Below, in pieces: positions 38,439-48,574 of a DNA stretch of 64,000 bases. Position 1 is the first letter of the stretch. Each line of letters begins with the position of its first letter. Both the position numbers and the translations under genes were made by a program. Below the pieces are notes generated by a model that saw only the letters and a list, made by a program, of their open reading frames with translations, did no database searches and was not told the DNA's origin. The stretch comes from an uncultured Methylococcaceae bacterium (GTDB taxonomy: Bacteria > Pseudomonadota > Gammaproteobacteria > Methylococcales > Methylococcaceae). Location of the stretch: the NCBI GenBank assembly GCA_903930145.1, contig CAIYXP010000300.1, forward strand, positions 768 to 64,767, in the 5' to 3' direction.

Positions 38439-41400
38439 ATGAGCGCACAAGGGAACGATATCAAAAAAGAGCTGATCCGCTTTTTGTTGGAACAGGTTAA
38501 GCAACAGCGGCTAGAAAAGGATATGGCGGTCGGTTTTTTGAAATCACTTTCGGAACAGCCGGAACCCGCCGCAGACGATGTTGCCATCATCGGCATGGCC
38601 TGCCGTTTTCCGGGCGCGGATAACAAGGAGGCATTTTGGGACAATTTACTAGCGGGCCGTAGTTCCATCGGACCGTTCCCCCCGCACCGTAGGGCCGATC
38701 TCGGCGGTATCGACGACGGTCGCGTCAAGCTGTTCGAAGGCGGCTTCCTCGACCGTGTGGACGGCTTCGATCACGAATATTTCCGCATCCCGCCCAATGT
38801 GGCGCGCCACATGGATCCTTACCAGCGGCTGTTCATGGAGACTGCGCTGGAAACTTTCGAAGATGCAGGCTACCCGCGCCAAACTTTTTACGGAAAGCCC
38901 ATCGGGGTGTTCGTAGGAAACGACCATACCCACCGGCTGATTAATTCCTACCTCGATTTCATCGAAGAACCGGATTTTAACTCCCTGACTGGTTCGTGGA
39001 CAGGTGTGTTATCTAGTCGAATTTCTTATCTTTTCAATCTGAAAGGGCCTGCCGTCGTGGTGGACACGGCCTGCTCGTCCGGGCTGGTGGCCTTGGATCA
39101 GGCCATCAAGTCCTTGCGTGACAAGGATTGCGAAATGGCTTTGGTGGGTGCCGCCAACCTGTTTTTTCTACCTTCTAAGGGAATTGTCGGCGAAATCGAA
39201 AGCGAAGCCCCGCAGGTGCGTGCATTCGACCGGGATGCCCACGGCACTGTCTGGGGCGAGGGAGTGGCAGCTTTGCTGATAAAGCCTTTGACTCTAGCGT
39301 TGCGGGACGGTGACTCGGTGTATGCAGTGGTCAAGGGTATTGCCGTGAACAATGACGGTGCATCCAACGGACTCACCGCGCCCAATGCCAAAGCTCAGCA
39401 GGAGGTGATCCTCAAGGCTTGGGAGAGGGCGGGCATAAACCCGGAGGAAATTTCCTATATCGAAACCCATGGCACGGGGACGAATCTGGGCGATCCCATT
39501 GAGGTCAAAGGCCTAGTGGAAGCCTTCTCGCGCCATAGCGTCCGCCGACAATTCTGTGGCATCGGTTCGGTTAAGACTAATATTGGCCATACGGTGGGTG
39601 TGGCCGGTCTTGCTTCCCTCATCAAGGTATTGTTGAGCCTTACCCATAACCGCTTAACCCCAAGTATCAATTTCGGCACGCCCAACCCCTTTATCGATTT
39701 CTCCAACAGCCCGGTGTATTTGAACGACCAGGTGCGTGAATGGAATCCGGGTGACAAGCCCCGCTTGGCGGGAGTCAGTTCGTTCAGCTTATGTGGCACG
39801 AATTGCCATGTGGTGTTGCAAGACCCACCTAGGCAGGCTGTTTCCGACGACGGGTTTGGTCAAACGGGGCCTTGGCTATTTCCTGTTTCGGCCCGCACTG
39901 TCGAATTGCTGAATGAGACCCTCCGCCGTTACTTGGCTTTCTTGGATGCGGGCCAAACGTATGCCATGGCCGACCTCTGTTTCACCGCTGCTGTAGGCCG
40001 CGAACACCATGGGGTGCGGGCAGTGTTGGTGGCCGAAGACTTAAACGGCCTGCGCGATTCCATGGCCGATTTACTTACCGCTTTGGAGGAAGGCATCCCC
40101 GCTGGCGACGGTAGTCGGGTGTTTTGCTCCGCCTCGGCAGGTAATAAAGGTTCTGCCGCCGTGGATAGGGAAGGTAAAGAACGGCTTGCCTTGGCCTCCG
40201 GTCAAAGGACGCTACTTTCTTTGGCCCGCCTCGCGGAATCCTATGTGGAAGGTGCCAATATCCCATGGGAAGAGTTATATCGGGGCTCTCGAACTCGGCG
40301 AGTGGGGCTGCCGCCGCAACCCTTCTCACGCGCGCGGTTTTGGGATATTCCTCCAAGTAAGATCGTTGCCGATGTTGGGCAAAAGGCTTCCGAGTCTACC
40401 GCAAACATGGCTGATCGGTTTATTGGACGTGATGAATTCCTAGCCAAGGTCAGGGGCGAACCCACTAGGGTGCGAGGGCTGAAGGAGGGTGAAGATGGCT
40501 TCCCCTATGCCATCGCGGCTTATCTCTGGAGCGAAGTGCTGGGTTATCCAAGCTTGCAATTGGACGACGATTACTATGCCTTGGGCGGTGATTCCATCAC
40601 TGGCATGAAGATCGTCCATCTTTTCAATACACTGTTCGGCTTGGATCTCGGCCCGACGGACATATTGGCTGCCCCCACGCTGCGAGAGTTTGTCAGCAGT
40701 CTGCTTGAAAACCACGACTTTTACCGGGTGCTCCATGCTGCAGGGGGAAGTGCGGACGAAGTGGCGAACATTGTCCGACTGACCCAGGGCACCGTGTACG
40801 ACCTGTCCCGCGCGGAACGGCGCATGTTTCTCCTAGACCAGATGAACCCTGGCTCGACATCCTACAATGTCAATGCCATTGTGTCTATGGCGGAGACGGA
40901 TTTGACCGAGGCCGAGATAATTATCCGGCGCATCATAGACCGCCACGAGATTCTCCGAACAAGCTTCGAATTGCGCGGCGGCGAGCCGGTGAAGGTCGTC
41001 CATCCAAGCGTTCACTTCGTCCTCGAATCCATTGAGACAGGACTTGACATGTCGGAGGAAATCGATCTTCGCAAAGCCATGCAGAAATTTGTGCGCCCCT
41101 TCGATATAGCCCGCCCGCCCCTCCTGCGCGTGGGCTTCGCTCGCACGGAGACGGCTTTTTATATGATGATTGACATGCATCATATTGTCACCGACGGTTC
41201 ATCCATGGGTGTCCTCATCAACGAGTACCTAGCCCACGAAGCAGGGCAGCCACTCGAACCCTTGCCCTTTCAGTATCAGGATTTTGCCGCGTGGCAAAAC
41301 CGTTTGTTTGAGTCCGGTGCCTACCAGCGCCATGCCAACTATTGGGCTTCGCGCTTTAACGGCGAGATACCTGCGTTGGAATTGAAGACCGACTATCCCA

Positions 41401-44400
41401 GGCCGGGCTACCAAGATTTCCGGGGTGCCAAAGAACAGTTCAGCATTCCGGCAGAACTCGCCCAAGATTTGCGCCGGCTGGCGAGGGAGCAAGGCACAAC
41501 CCTGTTTACGGTCTTGCTGGCTACATTTAAAACCTTGCTGCATCGCTTGGGCGGCGGCGACGATTTAGTGGTGGGAAGCCCGGTGGCAGGGCGCAGCCGC
41601 TTGGATCTGCAAGAGCTAATCGGCATGTTCGTGAACACCTTGGCCTTGAGGGATACGGTTGGGCCGGATGATTCCTTCGCCGAGTTTTTAGGCACTGTCA
41701 AGGCCAACACCCTGGCCGCCTTGTCCCATCAGGACTATCCATACGAAGAATTGTTGGAAATCCTCGACATCCCTCGCAACGGTGGTCGCAACCCACTGTT
41801 TGACGTATATTTTGTGTTACAAAACGAAGACATGGGGTTTTCTGCCGGACGGAAGGTGCGTTCCATTCCCTTTGATACCGGCACGGCTAAGTTTGACATG
41901 ACCGTGATTGCCCGCGAAACCGAGGAGGGTATCGATTTGGATTGGGAGTTTGCCACTTCCCTCTACAAAGCATCCACCATCCATCGTTTTGGTATCGCTT
42001 TCCTGCGACTCCTGCGCACGGTCACCAACGACCCCGAAGTGTCGATCCGGCAGATCAGCCTGTTAGGAGACGATGAACGCCGCCTCATCCTTGATACCTA
42101 CAACGACACCGCCACCGCTTATCCTTCTGGTTCAGGCATTCCCGCTCTGATTGAAATGGTTGTTCGTCAACAACCAGAGGCCATTGCTCTGACCATGGAC
42201 GGTGTAAGCCTGACTTACGGCGAACTCAACGCCGAGGCCAACCGCCTCGCACGCCGTATTCAAAAGGAAGGGGGCACCCCGGGGCAGGCCGTAGCCCTGC
42301 TGTATGAGCGTTCACCTGCCATGGTTGTGGCAATCCTCGCGGTGTTGAAAGCGGGTTGTGCTTATGTCCCTTTAGATACTGAAAATCCGCCCGCCCGCGC
42401 TACGGGCATATTGTCCGACAGCCGGGCAGCCTTACTGCTGGTCGGCTCGGGGTTGCCCACACCCAATGGGTGGGAAGGTATTGCCCTTCACCCAGAAAAG
42501 CTGGATCTCCACGGCGTGTCGGCGGAAAACCTTGATCTTGAACTGTCTGGCGAAGCCTTGGCTTACATCATGTACACCTCCGGCTCCACCGGTCAGCCCA
42601 AGGGTGTCTTGATCCGCCACAAGAGTGTCGTCCGTGTGGTGTGCAACGCTAATTACATTGACTTGTTGCCTTCCGACACCTTGTTGCAGCTTTCCAACTA
42701 CGCTTTCGACGGGTCGGTTTTTGACATTTTCGGTGCCTTGCTTAACGGTGCCCACCTAGTTCTCCTGAGCAGGCAGGAAGTTATAGACATGGATGCCGTT
42801 TCCAGCATCATCCAAGAAAACGCAGTGACCGTTTTCTTTGTTACGACTGCATTGTTCAACGCCTTGATCGACAATGCTATCGACAGTTTGTACAGTGTTC
42901 GCCATATCCTTTTCGGCGGAGAGGCAGCCTCGTTGAGGCACGTTTCCAAGGCCCGCCAGTTCCTGGGGCCTGGACGCCTGATTCATGTGTACGGACCTAC
43001 AGAAACTACGATTTTTGCAACAGCCCAAATTATTGACCACCTTGATGAAGCGATGGGGGCCGTTCCCATCGGTAAAGCCATTTCCAATACCCAGCTTTAT
43101 GTTCTGGATTCTAGCTTTATGCCAGTCCCCCACGGGGTCGAAGGCGAACTGTACATCGGTGGCGACGGTGTGGCCTTGGGCTATCTGAACCGAGACGACC
43201 TGACTGCGGAACGCTTCGCCTCTAACCCTTTCCGCGAAGGCGAACGGGTTTATCGCACAGGGGATTTGGTCAAGTGGCTGGAAGACGGCTCGCTGCATTT
43301 TCTAGGGCGGCGTGACCACCAAGTCAAAATCCGGGGCTTCCGTATCGAATTAGGGGAAATCGAAGCTTCGATCCTACGCCATCCCCTAGTCAAGGAATGC
43401 TTGGTCACCGCCGACGCGGATGCTACGGGTCGGAAGACGCTTTGTGCATATATAGTACCCAAGCAGCTTGAACTCTTCAGCGTTCAAAACTTACGCAGTT
43501 TCCTTGGCAGCAACTTGCCTGATTACATGGTTCCGTCGAGCATGATTGTCCTGTCAGCTTTTGTGCTGACACCCAACGGCAAGGTGGATAGGCGGCTATT
43601 GCCGACTCCGGTGGTGGAGTCTGCCCAGATCGTGGCGGCCCGCAATCCACGCGAAGCTGCCATGGCGCAGGTATGGGCCGAGGTGTTAAATTGCCGGGAA
43701 GTGGGGATTCACGACAATTTCTTCGCCATTGGTGGCGATTCCATCAAAGCTATTCAACTGACCGCACGCTTGCAAGCCCAGGGATTCGGTTTGCGGGTGC
43801 CCTTATTATTCCAACACCAAACCATCGCCGAACTCGAACCCTATTTAACCGACGGGATGGCGGATGGCGCGGAGCAGGGCGAGGTCACTGGTGGTTTGCA
43901 ACTAAACCCGATTCAGCTTTGGTTTCTCAGTTCCGAGCCCGCCCAGATTCATTATTTCAATCAGTCTATTGTCGTGGCGCTGGATACGCTGCCATCCGCC
44001 GCCGAAGTTCTCGATGCAGTGGCAGCCCTGTGTGCCCACCATGACGCTTTGCGAGCCGTTTTCTGGCGGGAGGGAGACGGTTTTAAGTCCGAGATAAGGG
44101 GGTTTTCGGCTCAGGCATACCGCCTGTTCGAATGGCAGGCCGTATCGGTCGATCCCGCCGAACTCGCCAGTGACCCGTCCATGGTCGAACTTCAGTCTTC
44201 CCTGGATTTGGATAATGGTCCGCTGATGGCCGTTGGCTTGATCCATACGCCAACCGGAGGGGGAGGGGTGTGTATCTCGATACACCATCTCGTGGTGGAC
44301 GTAGTGTCTTGGAATGTGTTATTGGCGGATTTCCAGGCTTGCTTGGAAGCGGGAGCCAAGGGCGAAGCCCCCGTATTGCCCTTGAAGACCACATCCGTCA

Positions 44401-45287
44401 TAGCTTGGAATGAGTGGCTGTTTGAGTATGCGCAATCCACCGAGGTCATGCAAAGCCTGCCTTATTGGAAAAAGCTGGCTGAACGGTTCTATGTCCAAAT
44501 CTGCCCCGACCCGCCCCTCGCGGGCACTTTAGCAGAAGGTCTGACCGCAAGCCTGATATTGGATGCCAAGGTTTCGGACTCGGTGGCACGCGAGGCAAAC
44601 CGAGCCTTTGGCACAGAACCCCAGCATCTGCTCCTATGCGCCTTGGGCTTAGCCTTGTCGGAATGGAGGGGGCAGGGCGATTACCTGTTGAATCTGGAAG
44701 GACACGGACGCGATGGATTGCGCAATCTGCCCGACGTGGGGCGCACCGTGGGTTGGTTTACGGCTGCCTACCCCTTCGCTTTGTCCGCGTCATTGGATTT
44801 GGGCGAGGCTTTGAAGCAGGTGAAAGAATCTTTGCGGACTGTGCCGGGCAAGGGCATGGACTACGGGCTACTGGTCTATCTGACGCGAGAACTTGCAGCA
44901 ACGGACCGAGCATGTTTAAAGTCATTGACACCGCAAATTGGGTTCAATTTCCTCGGCAATCTCGACACTCTGCCTGGCTTGGACGATGGCGTGCATGTCT
45001 TGGGCAGGGCAGTCACCGCCAGCCCCGCCTTGCGGTTGGCGCTGCCCTTGGACATTGTGGCATCGTTGCGTGGTGGGCGGATCGAACTGGAAGCCCTTTT
45101 CGACTCGACCCGCCTAGCCCCGTCCGAGGTAGATAGTTTCCTAGCCGTTTATCGGGAAAAGCTGGTGTTGTTAACCGCTCATTGCCTAGCCCAGCAGACT
45201 GTCGAAAAAACGGCGAGCGACTTTACCACCACCAAGCTCACCCAAGAAGAATTGAGCGATATTTTTGAAGACCTTGAGTTCATTTAA
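38439..45287 (+). CDS. Hybrid PKS/NRPS: KS-carrier protein-C-A(Ile/Val-like)-PCP-E
   Basis: - KS: Cys 39072-39074, with HGTGT and NIGH intact. No AT, KR or DH.
- Carrier: Ser 40593-40595 (GGDSI).
- C: HHIVTDG, from 41177.
- A: SGSTGQPKG about 42580; NGKVDR about 43575.
- PCP: Ser 43740-43742.
- E domain: HHLVVDVVSW from 44283, EGHGRD, RTVGWFT, FNFLG. Confidence 0.95.
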   Translation: MSAQGNDIKKELIRFLLEQVKQQRLEKDMAVGFLKSLSEQPEPAADDVAIIGMACRFPGADNKEAFWDNLLAGRSSIGPFPPHRRADLGGIDDGRVKLFEGGFLDRVDGFDHEYFRIPPNVARHMDPYQRLFMETALETFEDAGYPRQTFYGKPIGVFVGNDHTHRLINSYLDFIEEPDFNSLTGSWTGVLSSRISYLFNLKGPAVVVDTACSSGLVALDQAIKSLRDKDCEMALVGAANLFFLPSKGIVGEIESEAPQVRAFDRDAHGTVWGEGVAALLIKPLTLALRDGDSVYAVVKGIAVNNDGASNGLTAPNAKAQQEVILKAWERAGINPEEISYIETHGTGTNLGDPIEVKGLVEAFSRHSVRRQFCGIGSVKTNIGHTVGVAGLASLIKVLLSLTHNRLTPSINFGTPNPFIDFSNSPVYLNDQVREWNPGDKPRLAGVSSFSLCGTNCHVVLQDPPRQAVSDDGFGQTGPWLFPVSARTVELLNETLRRYLAFLDAGQTYAMADLCFTAAVGREHHGVRAVLVAEDLNGLRDSMADLLTALEEGIPAGDGSRVFCSASAGNKGSAAVDREGKERLALASGQRTLLSLARLAESYVEGANIPWEELYRGSRTRRVGLPPQPFSRARFWDIPPSKIVADVGQKASESTANMADRFIGRDEFLAKVRGEPTRVRGLKEGEDGFPYAIAAYLWSEVLGYPSLQLDDDYYALGGDSITGMKIVHLFNTLFGLDLGPTDILAAPTLREFVSSLLENHDFYRVLHAAGGSADEVANIVRLTQGTVYDLSRAERRMFLLDQMNPGSTSYNVNAIVSMAETDLTEAEIIIRRIIDRHEILRTSFELRGGEPVKVVHPSVHFVLESIETGLDMSEEIDLRKAMQKFVRPFDIARPPLLRVGFARTETAFYMMIDMHHIVTDGSSMGVLINEYLAHEAGQPLEPLPFQYQDFAAWQNRLFESGAYQRHANYWASRFNGEIPALELKTDYPRPGYQDFRGAKEQFSIPAELAQDLRRLAREQGTTLFTVLLATFKTLLHRLGGGDDLVVGSPVAGRSRLDLQELIGMFVNTLALRDTVGPDDSFAEFLGTVKANTLAALSHQDYPYEELLEILDIPRNGGRNPLFDVYFVLQNEDMGFSAGRKVRSIPFDTGTAKFDMTVIARETEEGIDLDWEFATSLYKASTIHRFGIAFLRLLRTVTNDPEVSIRQISLLGDDERRLILDTYNDTATAYPSGSGIPALIEMVVRQQPEAIALTMDGVSLTYGELNAEANRLARRIQKEGGTPGQAVALLYERSPAMVVAILAVLKAGCAYVPLDTENPPARATGILSDSRAALLLVGSGLPTPNGWEGIALHPEKLDLHGVSAENLDLELSGEALAYIMYTSGSTGQPKGVLIRHKSVVRVVCNANYIDLLPSDTLLQLSNYAFDGSVFDIFGALLNGAHLVLLSRQEVIDMDAVSSIIQENAVTVFFVTTALFNALIDNAIDSLYSVRHILFGGEAASLRHVSKARQFLGPGRLIHVYGPTETTIFATAQIIDHLDEAMGAVPIGKAISNTQLYVLDSSFMPVPHGVEGELYIGGDGVALGYLNRDDLTAERFASNPFREGERVYRTGDLVKWLEDGSLHFLGRRDHQVKIRGFRIELGEIEASILRHPLVKECLVTADADATGRKTLCAYIVPKQLELFSVQNLRSFLGSNLPDYMVPSSMIVLSAFVLTPNGKVDRRLLPTPVVESAQIVAARNPREAAMAQVWAEVLNCREVGIHDNFFAIGGDSIKAIQLTARLQAQGFGLRVPLLFQHQTIAELEPYLTDGMADGAEQGEVTGGLQLNPIQLWFLSSEPAQIHYFNQSIVVALDTLPSAAEVLDAVAALCAHHDALRAVFWREGDGFKSEIRGFSAQAYRLFEWQAVSVDPAELASDPSMVELQSSLDLDNGPLMAVGLIHTPTGGGGVCISIHHLVVDVVSWNVLLADFQACLEAGAKGEAPVLPLKTTSVIAWNEWLFEYAQSTEVMQSLPYWKKLAERFYVQICPDPPLAGTLAEGLTASLILDAKVSDSVAREANRAFGTEPQHLLLCALGLALSEWRGQGDYLLNLEGHGRDGLRNLPDVGRTVGWFTAAYPFALSASLDLGEALKQVKESLRTVPGKGMDYGLLVYLTRELAATDRACLKSLTPQIGFNFLGNLDTLPGLDDGVHVLGRAVTASPALRLALPLDIVASLRGGRIELEALFDSTRLAPSEVDSFLAVYREKLVLLTAHCLAQQTVEKTASDFTTTKLTQEELSDIFEDLEFI

Positions 45288-45346
45288 ACCAAGCCGACCC
45301 GCTGACAGTGGGTCGGCAAGCTGCCCGCCAGGAAACGAGTGAGAAT

Positions 45347-48300
45347 ATGTTGAGCAAAGAGAATATTCAAGACATTTACGGTTTGGCTCCGATGCAGGAA
45401 GGCATGCTCATCCACTATGCCCGGGACGCGACGACCGAAGCTTATGTGGAGCAATTCAGCTTCGTCATTGAAGGGGAGATTGACTATCCAGTCTTACAAA
45501 AAAGCTTGGATGCCTTGGTGATAAAATACGATGTATTACGCACCATCTTCAGTTTCCGCAAAACCGACCTGCCCAGGCAGGTGGTGCTCAAGGCACGCAG
45601 GCCGCAACTACTTTGCGAGGATTATTCGGTTTACGAGCCGCAAGCGGCGGAAGACGCCGTGGAAGAATTTAAACGGCGCGATAAGGCCAAAGGTTTCGAC
45701 CTGTCCAAGGACATCTTGCTGCGCGTGTCTTTACTCAAGGTCGGCGGACAACGCCACCACATGATTATGACCTTCCACCACATCATCCTTGATGGCTGGT
45801 GTATGGGGCTGATTTTCCAAGATTTGTTTGCCTTTTATGACCGGATTTCAGCCAACCCACTGCTTGAACCCAAGGATCGGGAAGCTTATTCTTACCGCCA
45901 GTTTATTGCTTGGGTGGGGGAGCAGGACAAGGCGGCGGCGGCACAATATTGGAGCCATTACCTTGAAGGCTACCAAGCGGAAGTCGGGCCGCCCTATTTT
46001 GACCTCCGCCATGACGGCCAAACCGAACATGCCGTGCACATCTTCTCCCTTGGGCAGGAAATCAGCGAGGGACTGGAGTCTTTAGCCAAGTCGCGGCTGC
46101 TCACCGTCAGTAGTGTGTTTCAAACCGCTTGGGGGATATTGCTCCAGAAATACCAAAACACTGATGATGTAGTCTTCGGCTCGGTGGTTTCAGGACGGCC
46201 TGCATCATTGCCGGGCGTTGAAAGCATGGTGGGCTTGTTCATCAACACTCAGCCTTTACGGGTTGCTTGCAGTTCGGGGGAATCTTTCGGCAGCGTGGCG
46301 GCCAGAGTTCAGCAAGGAAGTTTTCAATCGGTGGGTTATGAATATTATCCCTTGTTTGAAATCCAGTCCAAGTCGGCCTTGAAAAACCGATTGCTCAATC
46401 ACATCGTGGCCTTTGAAAACTACCCGTTGTCTGAACAACTTCGCCAGTTCGGAGAATCCAGCCAAGGGCTTCGAATCACGGATGTGAAGGTGTTTGAGCA
46501 GACCAACTACGATTTCAACGTCATTGTCTATCCAGGTCGGGACATCGGGGTTAATTTCACCTATAACAGAAAGCGCTACGACGATGCCTGCATCGCTGGC
46601 TTGGAGCGAGGCTTGCACCATTTGCTTGCCCAGATCGTAGAGGATCCTGATGCCCCAGTGAGTTCCCTAGGGATTTGCTCGCCACTTGATTCGGCCCTGA
46701 TCCTAAACACCTATAATGCCACCGCGACGGACTATCCTTCCTGTCGCAGCCTTCTCGAATTATTTGTGGAAACCGCCTCCGCCCGACCCGATGCCGCCGC
46801 CCTACGCTATCGCAACAAGGTGTTTAGTTATCTGGAATTGCAACAGCATGCCATGGCTGTCGGCGGTGAACTGCGCGAGCGCGGGATCGGCTTTGGCAGC
46901 ACCGTGGCGCTGATGACGCCGAATCGCCCCGAGATGGTCGTCGCCATCTTGGCGATCCTGTCTTGTGGGGCTGCTTATGTGCCCATCGAACCCGGAACCG
47001 TGCCTGATAGGGTCAAATTCCTGTTGGAAGATTCCGGCGCAAGCTTGGTCTGCACCCTGGCCCCTTATGCGGAGTCATTTCCCCCGGATGTCGCCGTCCA
47101 TATTCTTAACCTAAGCCACGATTCCCCGGCGAAACCCCTTGAACCTTGGCACCAGCCAGTAGACTCCTCAGTCGCTGCTTATGTCATGTATACCTCGGGT
47201 TCGACCGGGAGGCCCAAGGCCTGCGTTGTCAGCCATCGGAACATCGTCCGTTTGGTGCGGGGAACTGACTACGTGGAATTTGGGTCGGCCCACCGTATTT
47301 TACAAACGGGTTCGCCGGCCTTTGATGCCAGCACCTTTGAAATCTGGGGGGCGCTGCTCAACGGCGCGGAACTTTGCCAAGCCGACGAGGCTGACATTCT
47401 CGATCCGGCCCGGCTTCGGCCATTATTGCAGGATATGCATATCACCATGCTCTGGCTGACCTCGGCACTGTTCAACCAGCATTGCGAAGCGGACCCTGGT
47501 ATGTTCCGGCCCTTGCGCTACCTGTTGGTGGGGGGGGATGTGCTCTCGCCCCGGCATATCGATCGGGCGCGCACCGCCAACCCTGGCCTGAAGATTATCA
47601 ACGGCTACGGGCCTACGGAGAACACCACATTCTCCACCACGTTCCCCGTCGAACGCGCCTATGAAACTCGCATCCCCATCGGACGGCCCATCAAAAATTC
47701 AACGGCCTATGTGCTGGACGTAGGGCTAAACCTACTGCCTCCCGGTGCTTATGGCGAACTTTGCGTAGGTGGCGACGGCGTTGCCTCAAGATACCTCAAT
47801 CGCCCAGAATTGAGCGCGGAAAAATTCATCGATGATCCGTTCCGTCCCGGCGGACGCCTTTATCGGACGGGTGATGTTGCGCGCTGGCTCCCGGATGGTA
47901 CTCTTGACCTATTGGGACGTACAGATTTTCAAGTTAAAATTCGCGGTTTTAGGGTCGAACTGGGCGAAATCGAACGGACTTTATGCACCTTGCCCGGTGT
48001 CATTGAGGTCGTGGTCATTGTGCGCGACGGCTTAGGAGGCAAGCAGTTGTGCGCCTACCATGTAAGCGATAGGGATATAGCGAACCAAGATTTGCGCAGT
48101 GGTTTGGCGACCCGCTTGCCAGGTTACATGGTGCCAGCCTTCTACCTCCGATTGGACAGACTGCCGCTCACAGCCAATGGAAAGGTGGATCGACGGGCGT
48201 TGCCACCCATCGACATTGGTGTGACCTCAAGCCAAGGGTTCACGGAACCGCGCAATGTCACCGAGTTGCGCATTGCCGGGATTTGCGAGGAGGTGCTGGG

Positions 48301-48574
48301 CATTAGCGAAATTGGGGTCTATGACAATTTTTTTGATGTCGGGGCCAATTCCCTCAACCTCATCACCATCAATAACCGCCTAAGGGATGCCTTTGCCAAG
48401 GACATTCCCGTCACGGCGCTGTTCGAGCACACCAGCGTGGCGCAGTTGGCTGAATACATTGGTGCGGACGCGGAACGCGAGCAGGAGAAGATCGAGCGTG
48501 AAAACGAAGAATTGGAACAGGCCAAAGGCGTGTTGCTGAAAACCAGAAACCTGATGCGGAACCTAGACGAGTAA
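45347..48574 (+). CDS. NRPS module C(DCL-like)-A(Val-like)-PCP
   Basis: N-terminus NIQDIYGLAPMQEGML. C motif HHIILDGWC (from 45776). A-domain motifs SGSTGRPKA, NGYGPTENT, YRTGDVARW, KIRGFRVELGEIE, NGKVDRR. PCP Ser 48350-48352. TAATG stop/start overlap with the next gene at 48572-48576. Confidence 0.95.
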   Translation: MLSKENIQDIYGLAPMQEGMLIHYARDATTEAYVEQFSFVIEGEIDYPVLQKSLDALVIKYDVLRTIFSFRKTDLPRQVVLKARRPQLLCEDYSVYEPQAAEDAVEEFKRRDKAKGFDLSKDILLRVSLLKVGGQRHHMIMTFHHIILDGWCMGLIFQDLFAFYDRISANPLLEPKDREAYSYRQFIAWVGEQDKAAAAQYWSHYLEGYQAEVGPPYFDLRHDGQTEHAVHIFSLGQEISEGLESLAKSRLLTVSSVFQTAWGILLQKYQNTDDVVFGSVVSGRPASLPGVESMVGLFINTQPLRVACSSGESFGSVAARVQQGSFQSVGYEYYPLFEIQSKSALKNRLLNHIVAFENYPLSEQLRQFGESSQGLRITDVKVFEQTNYDFNVIVYPGRDIGVNFTYNRKRYDDACIAGLERGLHHLLAQIVEDPDAPVSSLGICSPLDSALILNTYNATATDYPSCRSLLELFVETASARPDAAALRYRNKVFSYLELQQHAMAVGGELRERGIGFGSTVALMTPNRPEMVVAILAILSCGAAYVPIEPGTVPDRVKFLLEDSGASLVCTLAPYAESFPPDVAVHILNLSHDSPAKPLEPWHQPVDSSVAAYVMYTSGSTGRPKACVVSHRNIVRLVRGTDYVEFGSAHRILQTGSPAFDASTFEIWGALLNGAELCQADEADILDPARLRPLLQDMHITMLWLTSALFNQHCEADPGMFRPLRYLLVGGDVLSPRHIDRARTANPGLKIINGYGPTENTTFSTTFPVERAYETRIPIGRPIKNSTAYVLDVGLNLLPPGAYGELCVGGDGVASRYLNRPELSAEKFIDDPFRPGGRLYRTGDVARWLPDGTLDLLGRTDFQVKIRGFRVELGEIERTLCTLPGVIEVVVIVRDGLGGKQLCAYHVSDRDIANQDLRSGLATRLPGYMVPAFYLRLDRLPLTANGKVDRRALPPIDIGVTSSQGFTEPRNVTELRIAGICEEVLGISEIGVYDNFFDVGANSLNLITINNRLRDAFAKDIPVTALFEHTSVAQLAEYIGADAEREQEKIERENEELEQAKGVLLKTRNLMRNLDE

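Noticed and set aside
1459-45346. N-terminal extensions proposed by the ORF track (1459-1503, 5015-5074, 13774-13788, 27497-27547, 28826-28831, 38397-38438, 45308-45346).
   Set aside because: These use upstream alternative or out-of-context starts that overlap the preceding gene. Internal ATGs with SD-like sequences, or with typical family N-termini, fit better.
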